Origin: a virus
DNA: 64,000 nucleotides
Strand: one strand, 5' to 3'
Virus record (IMG/VR): IMGVR_UViG_3300042560_001229
Coordinates: 17,220 to 81,219 of that record
Position numbers and translations under genes: made by a program. Below, one piece after another: positions 1 through 9,556 of this stretch. The notes below the pieces were generated by a model. That model was not told where the DNA came from, searched no databases, and saw only the letters and a list, made by a program, of their open reading frames with translations. Position 1 is the first letter of the stretch, and each line of letters begins with the position of its first letter.

Positions 1-1
1 G

Positions 2-1102
2 ATGCCCCTCTACGAGATGATCTTCCCCAAGGCGACGTTGCATCCGCTTTTCAACAGGTCAGATAGTTGGATGCTGAACAACGGAAGCGGGGTAAGGGCT
101 AAGTCGGTAGGGAAGAAGCTGACCGGACGCCGGGTGGACTGGCTGATTATTGATGATGCCCACTCCGGTCGTCGTGAGGCCGAAAGTCCTCTGGCAAGGA
201 AGCGAGTGCGCGAGTGGTATTTCGGTGATTGCATCAGCCGTCTGGCTCCGAGTGCCACCGTTTTTATCATAGGGACTCGCTGGCATCCGCAGGATTTGAT
301 TGGGCATCTGATCGGGGAGGAATACACCGAGGAGATGGTGTTGCAGGGCAAGACGCAGGAGTTGTTCAGTGCCACGAACATGGAGGCCATCTGCACGGAC
401 ACGGACAAAGACCCGCTGCATCGGGATGTGGGAGCCGCCCTATTCCCCGAAGTGCGTAACCGGGTGTTCTTGGAAAACATCAGGGCGGCGATTCCAGAGT
501 ATGAGTGGCAGAGTCAGTTCCAAGGCAAGCCGCAGACCAGCGGCAGCGGACAGGTGGACATCAATAAGCTGCATCGCATCAGCATGTCGGATGTGCCCAC
601 GAACATCGAATGGTTCCGTGGTTGGGACTTGGCGCTGACGGAGAACAAGACCAGCGACTACTCGGCAGGGCCGCTCTGCGCCTATGACAAGGCGAAGGAC
701 TTTTTCTACATCATTGATATGTTCCGTGAGAAGCTGGCGTGGCCAAGGTTGAAGCCGCAGATTGTCCGTCTGGCGAAGCTCGACCATGAGGAGCACGGTT
801 CGCATCGCGTAGGCATGGAGGCGGTGATTGGTTTCGACATCGGCTGGCAGGAAGTGCGGCAGGAGTTGATGGGTGTGATGAAGGTGGAGAAGCGCAATCC
901 GTCCTCGGACAAGCTGATTCGAGCGCAGCCGTGGTTTAACAAGATCGAAGCCGGGAAGGTGTTCCTCGTCCGTGGGGAATGGAACCGGGACTTCCTCAAC
1001 GAGTTGTCCCTTTTCCCCGATGGCGACCATGATGACCAGATAGATGGAGTCTCGGTTTGCTGGGAGATGGCGACCAAGGTGCAGAAGCTCCTGTTCGCGT
1101 AA
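2..1102 (+). CDS. terL: Terminase large subunit (5'-truncated by window edge)
   Basis: Walker B WLIIDD, GTRWH coupling motif, RNaseH-like nuclease motifs GWDLA..SDYSA and HDDQIDG. Confidence 0.93.
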   Translation: MPLYEMIFPKATLHPLFNRSDSWMLNNGSGVRAKSVGKKLTGRRVDWLIIDDAHSGRREAESPLARKRVREWYFGDCISRLAPSATVFIIGTRWHPQDLIGHLIGEEYTEEMVLQGKTQELFSATNMEAICTDTDKDPLHRDVGAALFPEVRNRVFLENIRAAIPEYEWQSQFQGKPQTSGSGQVDINKLHRISMSDVPTNIEWFRGWDLALTENKTSDYSAGPLCAYDKAKDFFYIIDMFREKLAWPRLKPQIVRLAKLDHEEHGSHRVGMEAVIGFDIGWQEVRQELMGVMKVEKRNPSSDKLIRAQPWFNKIEAGKVFLVRGEWNRDFLNELSLFPDGDHDDQIDGVSVCWEMATKVQKLLFA

Positions 1103-1226
1103 TCCACACCCAAACCGCCTCTTAGGACAGGCCGCTCCAGAGGCCACAAAAGCCCCATACGTTGAGCAGGCTGGCTTCCCCACTACCTACCCTCCAGAAG
1201 TTGCAAACGCCGGTTTCCAGTCATCG

Positions 1227-1306
1227 AAACTATTTTTGCAACAGTTGCAAATTCTTTTTGACAACGAATCACTCCTGTAAGAAACTGCTGCCTTATGAAA
1301 TCCACC
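1227..1306 (+). promoter_or_regulatory. Early-type promoter cassette (palindrome, TTGACA-ACGAATC, -10 GAAACT, leaderless ATGAAATCCACC)
   Basis: -35 at 1258-1263, 17-bp spacer, ATG at 1295; 1227-1271 is identical to 51841-51885. Confidence 0.8.
1235..1251. repeat. 17-bp palindromic dispersed repeat
   Basis: TTTGCAACAGTTGCAAA. Confidence 0.95.
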
Positions 1307-1579
1307 CGCCAACCCGACCCCGCTGAAATCCAACGCAAGCTCGATCTTGCCATTGCCTTCAAAGCCGCCTGCGCCCGTCTGCGGGCCACCCGCGCTCGCA
1401 CCCTGTCCGAGCAGCCGCCCCTCTCCACCTACGTCAACGGTGTGTATGACGACCGGAGCGAGGACTTCCACGCCCGCGAGAACGAAATCGAAAATGACCG
1501 CCGTGCTGCGGAGTTCGATGAAACCGTGGCCGAACGCGCCGCGCAGTTCAGTGAGCACGCCCTCCCTACCGCCTACTGA
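1295..1579 (+). CDS. Hypothetical early protein (MKST start)
   Basis: ORF begins at the cassette ATG. Confidence 0.75.
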   Translation: MKSTRQPDPAEIQRKLDLAIAFKAACARLRATRARTLSEQPPLSTYVNGVYDDRSEDFHARENEIENDRRAAEFDETVAERAAQFSEHALPTAY

Positions 1580-1580
1580 C

Positions 1581-1862
1581 ATGAGCTACCAGACTATCGA
1601 AGCAACCATGTATCTGGAGCGGGATGGGTATGAAGTGCAGGTGTCCCTCAGCGCCACGTTCATTCCCGGCTCACGCCAGACCCGCGAGGAGCCTGTCGAG
1701 GAAGCCTGCTTGGAGGATGTCACAGCCAAGTTGCCCGATGGACGGGAACTGACTTTGGAGGACGATGAGGAGGACGATGCCGAGCAAGCTCTGTGGCAAG
1801 CAGTCGAGGGTAAGCGCGAGGATGCACAGGTTCGTAACCACGTAAGCCGAAGGGACGAATAG
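1581..1862 (+). CDS. Hypothetical acidic protein
   Basis: ATG at 1581 just after the upstream stop; MSYQTIEA... Confidence 0.65.
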   Translation: MSYQTIEATMYLERDGYEVQVSLSATFIPGSRQTREEPVEEACLEDVTAKLPDGRELTLEDDEEDDAEQALWQAVEGKREDAQVRNHVSRRDE

Positions 1863-2434
1863 CATGAGCAGAAACGATCAAGAACTTCTGATATTCGCCA
1901 TCTACATGCTGGCTGTCGCCATCTGGACGGTCGCCTACTTCATACCGGCACCCTCGCTATGACCATCACCTATCTGAACGGAGAGAACAGGCAAGTGACC
2001 GAGCATCTGCCCTGCCGCACGGCTCTTGCCGCTGTGGAGTTGCTGAAAGCCGCAGGGAAGAATTTCAAGTATCTCGTGCGCTGTGAACCAGACGCACCCG
2101 CAGTGAAACCAAAAACAGAAAACCAACCGAAATGAAACAGTATCAAGACCACGACCCGATCAAGGACAAAGGCAAGGCAGTGCCGCATCCGAAACGTCCG
2201 ACCCATTACTCCTACCGGGGCCGGGGCTGCGGAGGCTCCCTCACCTTTCTGCGTTCGCAGATAGACAGTGCCACCCGGAAGGCGAACTCGCCCAAGGCGG
2301 TAGCTGATAGGGGCGGTCGTCTTGGAATCTTCGGCATCCTGATGGCCGTGGCCGCGTCTGTGAAATCCGCCGCACGCCGCCCTACTCAACGAGGACGCTA
2401 AGACCATGACACCTTACGAAGCACAGGAGGCCAA

Positions 2435-2704
2435 ATGACCATCTGGAAATACCCGCTGACCCTCACCGACGTTCAGGATGTGCGGATGCCCATTGGCTCG
2501 GAAATCCTCACGGTGCAGGTGCAGCACGCCAGCCTATGCCTGTGGGCGCTGGTGAATCAGAATGCCGGACGAGATGCCGGTGAGGTTCGCACAATCGAAA
2601 TCCACGGCACTGGCATCATAATGTCGGACGAGGAGCGTCGTTACATCGGCACCGCGCAGATGGCCGGTGGCGCTCTCGTCTGGCACGTTTTCGAGAGGCT
2701 ATGA
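2435..2704 (+). CDS. Conserved phage hypothetical protein
   Basis: MTIWKYPL..LWALV..GTG..YIGT..LVWHVFE pattern common in phages; GGAGG upstream. Confidence 0.75.
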   Translation: MTIWKYPLTLTDVQDVRMPIGSEILTVQVQHASLCLWALVNQNAGRDAGEVRTIEIHGTGIIMSDEERRYIGTAQMAGGALVWHVFERL

Positions 2705-2860
2705 AAACGATCACGAACATGAGGCAGTGCCCCAAAGGTCTGACCCGGCCTCAGCGCAAGGTGGTGAGCAGCATCCTCAGTCGCGTGCGGTTCAAGAAAG
2801 GCCGGGGTGTGGTGGTGCATTACTACCATCGGACTAGGGAAGTGCTCGCCCGCCCTCTAT

Positions 2861-2877
2861 TTTGAAACTGTTGCAAT
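2861..2877. repeat. 17-bp palindromic dispersed repeat
   Basis: TTTGAAACTGTTGCAAT, overlaps a stop and the next ATG. Confidence 0.9.
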
Positions 2878-3217
2878 GAGCACACCTACCAAAGAGCAAA
2901 TCAAAGACGGGAGGAAGTGCTGGCGTCCGAAGATGCCGGAGCTATCCAAGGCATGTGCGAGTTGTCCGTTCATGGAAGGGAACGATTCCGAGTTCGCCAA
3001 GATCATCGCCCGGCTCAGGCGGGTGAGTGTGCAGAACGTCCTCAAGTCCGACATCGAATATGCGCGGAGGAGTGTGAAACTGGACACTGTGCTGACCGGC
3101 AACTTCGCCTGCCATCACACCGCCTATGACTTGGAGAGCATGAAGCCCAAGCCGCAGACGGAGTTGCGCCAGTGCAAGGGAGCCGCTGACTGGTATCGCG
3201 CCGGAGGACAGATATGA
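2876..3217 (+). CDS. Cys-rich protein (DUF6283-like)
   Basis: CASCPF...FACH...CKGA; similar to 42313-42621. Confidence 0.6.
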   Translation: MSTPTKEQIKDGRKCWRPKMPELSKACASCPFMEGNDSEFAKIIARLRRVSVQNVLKSDIEYARRSVKLDTVLTGNFACHHTAYDLESMKPKPQTELRQCKGAADWYRAGGQI

Positions 3218-3401
3218 GCTACTACCCCTCCAACCCATCAGCTACGGAGACAGACCGCAAGATTCAGCACTGTGCTACGCCGAAGGAGGCAGCAGATGCC
3301 CTCGAAGGACATGACTTGATAATGGCGGTGGATGCCCTCAGCCGGAAGTTTGGCATCAAGACCAACTCGAAGAAGATGCACGCCCTAGTGACTCGCAAGC
3401 C

Positions 3402-3995
3402 ATGAGCAACGCCCTAGAAGATCAGATCGTCGAAGGGCACACGGACTTCCACAACCCGCATGATCTTATCTGGCCGCAGATCGAACCGCACCTTGGCTAT
3501 CGTCTGCTGAACACGGACGAGGTAGGCGAACTGCATCCCCAACTTGAGGAAGTGGAGGCGTGGCTGGTCACGGTAGATAAGTGGGCTACTGGCTATTGGG
3601 GACAGGATAGAGGGCTTACCTATCGCACCAAGATGACCCGCGCAGAGTTACGGAAAGCCAGAGGACTGCCGCCCGAGCCGAAACCAAGGCGCAGGCACAA
3701 TCCCGACAACGTGACCGATGACCAAGTTGGGGCAGGCTACCGACTGCTGGATGACGATGAGGTAGGGCCGGAGTTTGACCGGAACAGGGGCTTGGGTGTG
3801 GAGCGGTGGCATCCTCACGATAAGGAGTGGCTGAATGGGTATAGTGGTGGCTCAAAGAGCATTACTTACCGCACAAGCATGACGCGCAATGAACTGCGTC
3901 AGGCTCGCGGCCTGCAACCCGAAGCCGAGCCTCTCTACCCATCTGCTGCACCTGAGCCTGTCCGAGCAAAGAGATTGCGGAGACTGGAGTTTTAG
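3402..3995 (+). CDS. Protein with two tandem GYRLL-domain repeats and C-terminal RLRRLEF
   Basis: Internal repeat NP..GYRLL..DEVG..W..GY..TYRT.MTR.ELR.ARGL.PE. Confidence 0.8.
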   Translation: MSNALEDQIVEGHTDFHNPHDLIWPQIEPHLGYRLLNTDEVGELHPQLEEVEAWLVTVDKWATGYWGQDRGLTYRTKMTRAELRKARGLPPEPKPRRRHNPDNVTDDQVGAGYRLLDDDEVGPEFDRNRGLGVERWHPHDKEWLNGYSGGSKSITYRTSMTRNELRQARGLQPEAEPLYPSAAPEPVRAKRLRRLEF

Positions 3996-4012
3996 CCCAA
4001 CCTGCTGACCTT

Positions 4013-4282
4013 ATGAAAATCGAACACTTGCTTGAAGCCATTACCGAAACCGCCCGCGAATACGAAGGTCAGGGAGCCAGCGGGCAGAGAATATGTGAAG
4101 CCCTGCGCGGTGTGGTCGCAAGGGCCGGACGTTACGCCGCCAAAGACCCCGACACGGAGGTTGCCCTGCCCGAGCACGAACTGCGGGCGATGATTCGTGA
4201 CGAGATTGCCAAGATGGTCATGCCCTTGGCGCTGGTGGAGAACCCGCCCGAAATTCTCCAACCCGAGGATGCGGAGAGATGA
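4013..4282 (+). CDS. Hypothetical protein
   Basis: ORF in operon context. Confidence 0.6.
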   Translation: MKIEHLLEAITETAREYEGQGASGQRICEALRGVVARAGRYAAKDPDTEVALPEHELRAMIRDEIAKMVMPLALVENPPEILQPEDAER

Positions 4283-4324
4283 ATCGCAGTTGACAGGAGA
4301 AAGTTGCCCGCCTAGTTGTGGCGC

Positions 4325-4693
4325 ATGGCCAACGAACTTACGCTCAGACTGCAAGCCTCGATCTTGTCTGGAAATCTCCAGAGCGAGTTTCCTCAGCAGA
4401 TCATCCGTCCCAACGTGGCGGCACAGGAGCAGAATGGCGGGGTGTTCTCGCTTACGACTTCCGAGACTGACCTGACGCTGACCGGCATCACCACACCGGG
4501 CTGGCTGATCTTGAAGAATCTCGACACCACGAATTTCCTGACATGGGGGCCGAAGTCTGGCGGTTCGATGATTCTCTGCGGAAAGATTCTGGCCGGGGAG
4601 TTTGCCATCTTCCGGCTCGGCGCTGCGGTGACAATGCGGATGAAGGCGGATACGGCCACGGTCAAGGTGCAGTGGTGGGTCGTTGGCACCTAA
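4325..4693 (+). CDS. Small beta-rich putative virion protein, paralog of 16124-16480
   Basis: MANELT..WLILKNLDTTNF..KILAGEF matches MANEIT..WMFVKNLDSTNF..KLLPGEF. Confidence 0.7.
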   Translation: MANELTLRLQASILSGNLQSEFPQQIIRPNVAAQEQNGGVFSLTTSETDLTLTGITTPGWLILKNLDTTNFLTWGPKSGGSMILCGKILAGEFAIFRLGAAVTMRMKADTATVKVQWWVVGT

Positions 4694-4800
4694 GCCCAAG
4701 GCGGTTCCTCACCCAAACCCCCACCCTCGGGGTCTGACGATTCTCAGGGCATCCTCAGCGATTCTGCTGATGGATTCCCCACCTTCCCCAAGGTGGTTTG

Positions 4801-4892
4801 CCTCTTATGGGCCAACTATTTTGCAACTGTTGCAAAATATCTGTTGACGACGAATCGGTTTAGGCCCATATTGGTGGCATATGAAATCCACC
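4801..4892 (+). promoter_or_regulatory. Early-type promoter cassette
   Basis: Palindrome, TTGACG 4844-4849 then ACGAATC, CATATT 4867-4872, ATGAAATCCACC at 4881; near-copy at 63767-63858. Confidence 0.8.
4820..4836. repeat. 17-bp palindromic dispersed repeat
   Basis: TTTGCAACTGTTGCAAA. Confidence 0.95.
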
Positions 4893-5351
4893 TCATCCAA
4901 ACTCAAGACCGCAGCCGTCACGCAGGCTGCACCCGTCCTCACCAAAGCCGAGCGTTTCGCCCGAGGCTTGGAGCATCTGTCTTACCAGCTTACCGCTGAC
5001 GTTGAAGACGCCAAGACGCTGAAAGCCAAGTTCATCGCTGACCTTGAAAAAGGTGACGCGACCTACCGCATTACGTGGAATGCCACTGAACTGGTGAAGG
5101 CCGAGTTCAAGGCGAGCTTCGCCTTTGGTGTTCTGGAAGATGCCAAGCGCAAAGGTGAGCAGTTGTCGGTGACACTGGCCAGCCATGTGGCCTCGCTGGG
5201 TGAGGCTATCCTCCGCAATCGGTTCATCGAATCCTCTACCAGTCCGATGAGCAACGCGGTGGCGATGGCCAAGCACGAAGCCGCCTGCCACACGCAGGAG
5301 CGGTATGCGGGAGTGGTGCGGCACTTCGTCAACGTGGCCGCTCAGTCCTAA
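4881..5351 (+). CDS. Hypothetical early protein (MKST start)
   Basis: ORF begins at the cassette ATG. Confidence 0.8.
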   Translation: MKSTSSKLKTAAVTQAAPVLTKAERFARGLEHLSYQLTADVEDAKTLKAKFIADLEKGDATYRITWNATELVKAEFKASFAFGVLEDAKRKGEQLSVTLASHVASLGEAILRNRFIESSTSPMSNAVAMAKHEAACHTQERYAGVVRHFVNVAAQS

Positions 5352-5527
5352 CCGAACACGAACATGACTTTGAACATCACGTATAAGAACGGAAAGGTGC
5401 AGACGATTGAGCGCGTCACGGACATCAAGGAGCGCGAGCGCGACGGCGGTGTGGTGATTATCTACTACGGCGACTGCGGCTTCCAGAAAACGGAGAAGAA
5501 GCATATCACCAATATGGAGGTGACGCT

Positions 5528-5824
5528 GTGAGCCGCCTGCTCGAACTGCCCTCGGTCAAGGATTGGCCGGAACCGCGCCGGAGGAAGGCTGTGAACACGC
5601 TTCTCTACAAGCTGGGGTTCAACCAGTGGTATCAGTCCATCCCGACTACGGAGATTGCGGACATCCTCACCCGCTTCGGCTTTGATGCCTCGGTGATGGA
5701 GGGCATCTACACCGGCAGGGATGGGCGGATGCACGAACAGATCAAGGACAGCCGACTGTGGCTGACGATGACATGGCACGCGATGCCGAGTGGCCGCTAC
5801 GAAATCGTGGCTTATGTCAATTAA
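5528..5824 (+). CDS. Hypothetical protein
   Basis: ORF with GTG start overlapping an upstream stop. Confidence 0.65.
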   Translation: MSRLLELPSVKDWPEPRRRKAVNTLLYKLGFNQWYQSIPTTEIADILTRFGFDASVMEGIYTGRDGRMHEQIKDSRLWLTMTWHAMPSGRYEIVAYVN

Positions 5825-6085
5825 CACCTTCCCCGAAACAGGTGTGCTGCTGGACGCAATGCTTGCCGCTCTCGGCCCGCAGACTCCGACAGCAACCACC
5901 GATCAGATGTGCGACCGCATCATCGTTTCGCTGAGGATGCCTGACCGCATGAGTGGAGATTCCGAGTTCAAGACTCGGGTGTATCGGTTGCTGTGCCGAA
6001 TGAAGAAGCGCGGACTGTTCACCAGCACGAGGGAGTGGACTGGAAAAGGTTACGGCCCATTATGGAGGCTCGCGTAAATTAACTT

Positions 6086-6135
6086 TTGACAACGAATCGA
6101 ATCTGAGCCAAGCTACCTGTATTATGAAATCCACC
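6086..6135 (+). promoter_or_regulatory. Early-type promoter
   Basis: TTGACA-ACGAATC, CAAGCT after a 17-bp spacer, ATGAAATCCACC at 6124. Confidence 0.75.
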
Positions 6136-6420
6136 ACTAGTCCGAAGTCCAAGGCTGTCCGAGTTGGCAGCATTTTGTTTCACCCTCCCCGTATGGAGCG
6201 AAGGTTCCTGTTGTTCACCCTTACTGGTGAGCCTGTGTATCAGTATGGCTACACCGGCTACACGTTGGAGAAGAACGGGACACGTCAGCAGTCCACCAGC
6301 TATGGGGACGTTGGTGATGACCTGCGGCAGAGGCGCGCAGCCAAGGCCACGGCCAAGCTCGGAGTCCCCGTCGAATGGCGGGAGACGAAGCCAGTCGAAA
6401 TGATGGGGGTGTCGTTCTAA
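6124..6420 (+). CDS. Hypothetical early protein (MKST start)
   Basis: ORF begins at the cassette ATG. Confidence 0.7.
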   Translation: MKSTTSPKSKAVRVGSILFHPPRMERRFLLFTLTGEPVYQYGYTGYTLEKNGTRQQSTSYGDVGDDLRQRRAAKATAKLGVPVEWRETKPVEMMGVSF

Positions 6421-7430
6421 TGATTGCCCGCCCCATGCTGGCCGAGACGCTGGAGAATGTCGCAGACATCCAGTTCCCGGTGCTCGCCACCGATAAGATT
6501 GATGGTCGCCGCAACCTCCTACTCCCACCCACCGAAGCCGGGAAGATGAGCCGCTGTGCCAGCCGTTCGCTGAAAGGGTTGAAGAATGACTTCACGCGGG
6601 AGTGGCTGGAGAGCTACCTCCCACCCGGCTTGGATGGGGAGTTGGTGGTGCTGACGCCCGATGGCCGCGTGGACGAGTTTCACGTTATCTCGTCGGCGTT
6701 CACTAATGACGGTGAGCCTGACTTCCGCTTCATGGTGTTCGATGACTTCCGTGGCGGGTTGCAGGAGCCATATCTGGAGAGAATGAAACGGCTGGAGAAA
6801 TCCCGGCTCCCATCTGGCAGGGTTATCAAGCTGCTTCCCACCCTCATTGAGAACGAGGAGGAACTGGACGCCTTTGAAGCCGCTGCCCTTGCCCGAGGGA
6901 ATGAAGGGATTATGATTCGCACGCCCCACTCACCTTACAAGGAGGGACGCAGCACGGTGCGCGAAGGTTGGCTGCTCAAGATCAAACGGTTCAAGGATGC
7001 GGAGGGCACTATCGTCGGAACCGTGGAGGGGATGCACAATGCGAATGAGGCCACGATCAACGAAGTAGGGCGCACGCAGCGTTCCACTTCCAAGGAGGGC
7101 AAGATTGGCAAGGGCCGAGTTGGTGCGCTGGTGGTCAAGCCGCTGGAGTTTGGCCCTCCTACCAATGACGACTGGCTGTATGTGCAGCAGAACGCTCATC
7201 GGATGAAGGCGGCAGTGCAGAGCCACCCGTATCTGTTTATGATGGGCACCGGAGCCATCACCGTAGGCGGGAACAACGTCCCGTTGTCCGAAGCGCACAC
7301 GATGCACAGACGGGTGGTGAAGTATAAGTTCCAGCCCATCGGCGTGAAGGTGAAGCCGCGTTTCCCGCAATGCCTCGGCTACCGGGACGCTGATGATATG
7401 GATGGCGAACAGCAAGGGAGGCTGTTATGA
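6420..7430 (+). CDS. lig: ATP-dependent DNA ligase
   Basis: KIDG adenylation motif, LDGEL, FMVFDD, EGIMIR, LLKIK, RFP OB-fold end. Confidence 0.93.
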   Translation: MIARPMLAETLENVADIQFPVLATDKIDGRRNLLLPPTEAGKMSRCASRSLKGLKNDFTREWLESYLPPGLDGELVVLTPDGRVDEFHVISSAFTNDGEPDFRFMVFDDFRGGLQEPYLERMKRLEKSRLPSGRVIKLLPTLIENEEELDAFEAAALARGNEGIMIRTPHSPYKEGRSTVREGWLLKIKRFKDAEGTIVGTVEGMHNANEATINEVGRTQRSTSKEGKIGKGRVGALVVKPLEFGPPTNDDWLYVQQNAHRMKAAVQSHPYLFMMGTGAITVGGNNVPLSEAHTMHRRVVKYKFQPIGVKVKPRFPQCLGYRDADDMDGEQQGRLL

Positions 7431-7432
7431 CT

Positions 7433-7818
7433 TTGGTGGTCAGTAGTAGCAACATGGTGCCCACGCGAGATGCTGGGACAGGGCGGTGGAATCTTCGCCT
7501 CATAGAAACAAGCGCGCTACTGGCCACCATCACTTTCAGTAGCAATGCTGAGGCTGACGGGCTGGCAGTATCCAGCCGAGGGCTGACGGCGAAAGCCTAT
7601 GTAGCCTGCCATAATCCTATACGGCCCTCGCAAAGGTGCAGTGTAGGCAGTGCCCTCCGTGTGCGCTGTAAAAGGGTGCAAACCCAACGCGGCCCTTTCG
7701 GGGTAGATGGATGCGGGTTCGATTCCCGCACGCTCCAGTTACGGGGCGGCTCGGTGCTACAAGACCTGACGGTGACATGCCGCAAGCATACCGGGTTCGA
7801 CTCCCGGCTACTCCACCC
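7433..7818 (+). ncRNA. Putative structured ncRNA with two tRNA/tmRNA-like T-arm and acceptor modules
   Basis: Several stems with GCAA/GAAA/UUCG loops; T-arms GCGGG-TTCGATT-CCCGC (7713-7729) and CCGGG-TTCGACT-CCCGG (7791-7807), each followed by a 7-nt acceptor strand and A. Confidence 0.65.
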
Positions 7819-7820
7819 CT

Positions 7821-7837
7821 TTTGAAACTGTTGCAAA
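7821..7837. repeat. 17-bp palindromic dispersed repeat
   Basis: TTTGAAACTGTTGCAAA. Confidence 0.95.
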
Positions 7838-7844
7838 CTGACTT

Positions 7845-8213
7845 ATGCCCGTAACGATTGTTGGTGTAACAGCCGGGGCGGTCATCACTTTCCTCTCCAC
7901 GGTGCAGAGGGAGGGTGAGCCTCGGCTGTATCGGGTGCGGTTGACCGTAATTGCGTTTGGTCAGACGGAACCTGACAAGGTGCTCGCACTGGCGGATGGC
8001 TTCATGTTTGGGGATGAGCAACTGATTCGAGTCGGCCCGAGACGCCTCCTACCGGAGCGTGTGAAGTCCAGAAACACTGACTTTGCCTCGGTGCTTTCCA
8101 ACTACATGCGGCTGGATGACATTGACGATGAATTGTCCTTGCCAGAATCCGCCCGCCAGTGGTATCGTCGCCAAGCAGTGAAACCCCGTAAAAGAAACCT
8201 CGAAATCCTATGA
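7845..8213 (+). CDS. Hypothetical protein with C-terminal RKRNLEIL
   Basis: ORF overlaps the groES start. Confidence 0.7.
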   Translation: MPVTIVGVTAGAVITFLSTVQREGEPRLYRVRLTVIAFGQTEPDKVLALADGFMFGDEQLIRVGPRRLLPERVKSRNTDFASVLSNYMRLDDIDDELSLPESARQWYRRQAVKPRKRNLEIL

Positions 8214-8476
8214 AAATGATCGGCAGTAAAGTCCTCGTCCGCATGAAGCCCCGCGCCACAGTCAGCGAAGGCGGCATCCATATCCCGGCAGTGAGCCAGA
8301 CCACGGAGTTGTGGGGCACGGTGCAGTGCGTCGGGGAGGGGGCGAAGGATTTGGTCATCGGGGATGAAGTGCTGATTGAGGCGCATCTCGGCACGCACTT
8401 CATCATGCGCGGCGAAGATCACATCATCATCGAAGCGGAGAAGATCAAGGCGAAGCGCGAGTTGCTTGCGGCGTGA
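8210..8476 (+). CDS. groES: GroES/Cpn10 co-chaperonin
   Basis: KVLVR..SEGGIHIP..GTVQCVGEG..GDEVL. Confidence 0.88.
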   Translation: MKMIGSKVLVRMKPRATVSEGGIHIPAVSQTTELWGTVQCVGEGAKDLVIGDEVLIEAHLGTHFIMRGEDHIIIEAEKIKAKRELLAA

Positions 8477-8553
8477 AGAATCCGCTTGCGTTCATTCCTG
8501 AGTGCGGATATGGCGTTGCTGCAATTCAGTAACCAACCAATCAAAAACGCATT

Positions 8554-9354
8554 ATGACGATCAAAGCTCCTTCCACCTACGTTCGCGGCCAAGACGGTCG
8601 CGCTGGCTTCCGCGATGTTGACTTCAAGACGAAGCAAGACCTTGTGCTTCCGTTCACGAAGCTGAACAAGCGGTATCGCATCAAGTCCATCTCGATCATC
8701 TCGAAGGACACGAATGTTGACTTGTCGAACGGCGCAACGGTCGTCGCGGCTGAGGCTTCGACCGGGGCCGACACGGACGCCACGATCACGCTGACGAGCA
8801 ACGGCACCGCCCCTGCGGACGGTGTGACGGTGACAGTAGGCGGGAAGGTCTATACGTTCCAGACGACCCTAACCAATGTGGATGGGAACGTCCTGATTGG
8901 CTCAACTGCAAATGCGGCTGCTGCTCTCGACAATCTCAAGTCGGCGGTGAATCTCTCGACTGGTGCCGGAACCACCTACGCCACTGCGATGACGGCGCAC
9001 CCTAAGATCACCGCCACGACCAATACCGACACGACTCAGGTGTTTGTGGCCAGCGTCGGTGCAAGCAGCGGGCGTGCTGGCAATGACCTGACTGGTGCCG
9101 ATACGTCTGCCACGCTCTCGTGGAGCAACAGCGGTGCGTTCACTGGCGGTCTGGACGGCGTGCTCGTCAACGCGATGGTGGCCTCCACCGATCTGGCCGA
9201 CACCGATCAGACCGGGCTGGTGCAGAACCTCACCCTCGCGGCCACGGCGGAAGTCCTGACGGCCCCGAACGCGGTCGTCCTGTCCATCCGCACCGGCTCC
9301 TCAGCAACCACGGACACGAAGGACGTGGAAATCGAATACACCGTTCTCGACTAA
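8554..9354 (+). CDS. Putative virion structural/decoration protein
   Basis: Thr/Ala/Gly-rich beta composition, VTVGGKVYTF, strong codon bias. Confidence 0.6.
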   Translation: MTIKAPSTYVRGQDGRAGFRDVDFKTKQDLVLPFTKLNKRYRIKSISIISKDTNVDLSNGATVVAAEASTGADTDATITLTSNGTAPADGVTVTVGGKVYTFQTTLTNVDGNVLIGSTANAAAALDNLKSAVNLSTGAGTTYATAMTAHPKITATTNTDTTQVFVASVGASSGRAGNDLTGADTSATLSWSNSGAFTGGLDGVLVNAMVASTDLADTDQTGLVQNLTLAATAEVLTAPNAVVLSIRTGSSATTDTKDVEIEYTVLD

Positions 9355-9358
9355 GCCG

Positions 9359-9556
9359 ATGGGTGTGCTCGTCAATCACTGGCCCACCCTCGCCCTAGTT
9401 GGATACTGCCTCGTTGGTCTGTCCATCTTCTCAGCTTACATCCGCTCGTCGTATGTAATGCTGAGAAGGTGGGAGGTAGTTCTGTTCGTCGTCTCCGGCC
9501 CGCTGGTCTGGCTGGTGGCAATTTTGAAACTGTTGCAAAGCAGGAGGGCACGGTGA
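9359..9556 (+). CDS. Small two-TM membrane protein
   Basis: Two hydrophobic segments. Confidence 0.55.
   Translation: MGVLVNHWPTLALVGYCLVGLSIFSAYIRSSYVMLRRWEVVLFVVSGPLVWLVAILKLLQSRRAR
9523..9539. repeat. 17-bp palindromic dispersed repeat (intragenic)
   Basis: TTTGAAACTGTTGCAAA. Confidence 0.95.

Noticed and set aside
1075-7430. Clamp-binding-like C-termini (terminase QKLLFA, ligase QQGRLL)
   Set aside because: Too short and degenerate to support without a search; plausible only for the ligase
7660-7818. Two canonical tRNA genes
   Set aside because: T-arms and acceptor strands are present, but no D-arm or anticodon arm could be folded at the right spacing
7433-7818. Standard one-piece tmRNA
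   Set aside because: No matching 5' GGGG end about 350 nt upstream and no recognisable tag reading frame
7427-7825. 132-aa ORF after the ligase
   Set aside because: Atypical composition, and it overlaps a densely base-paired region better explained as RNA
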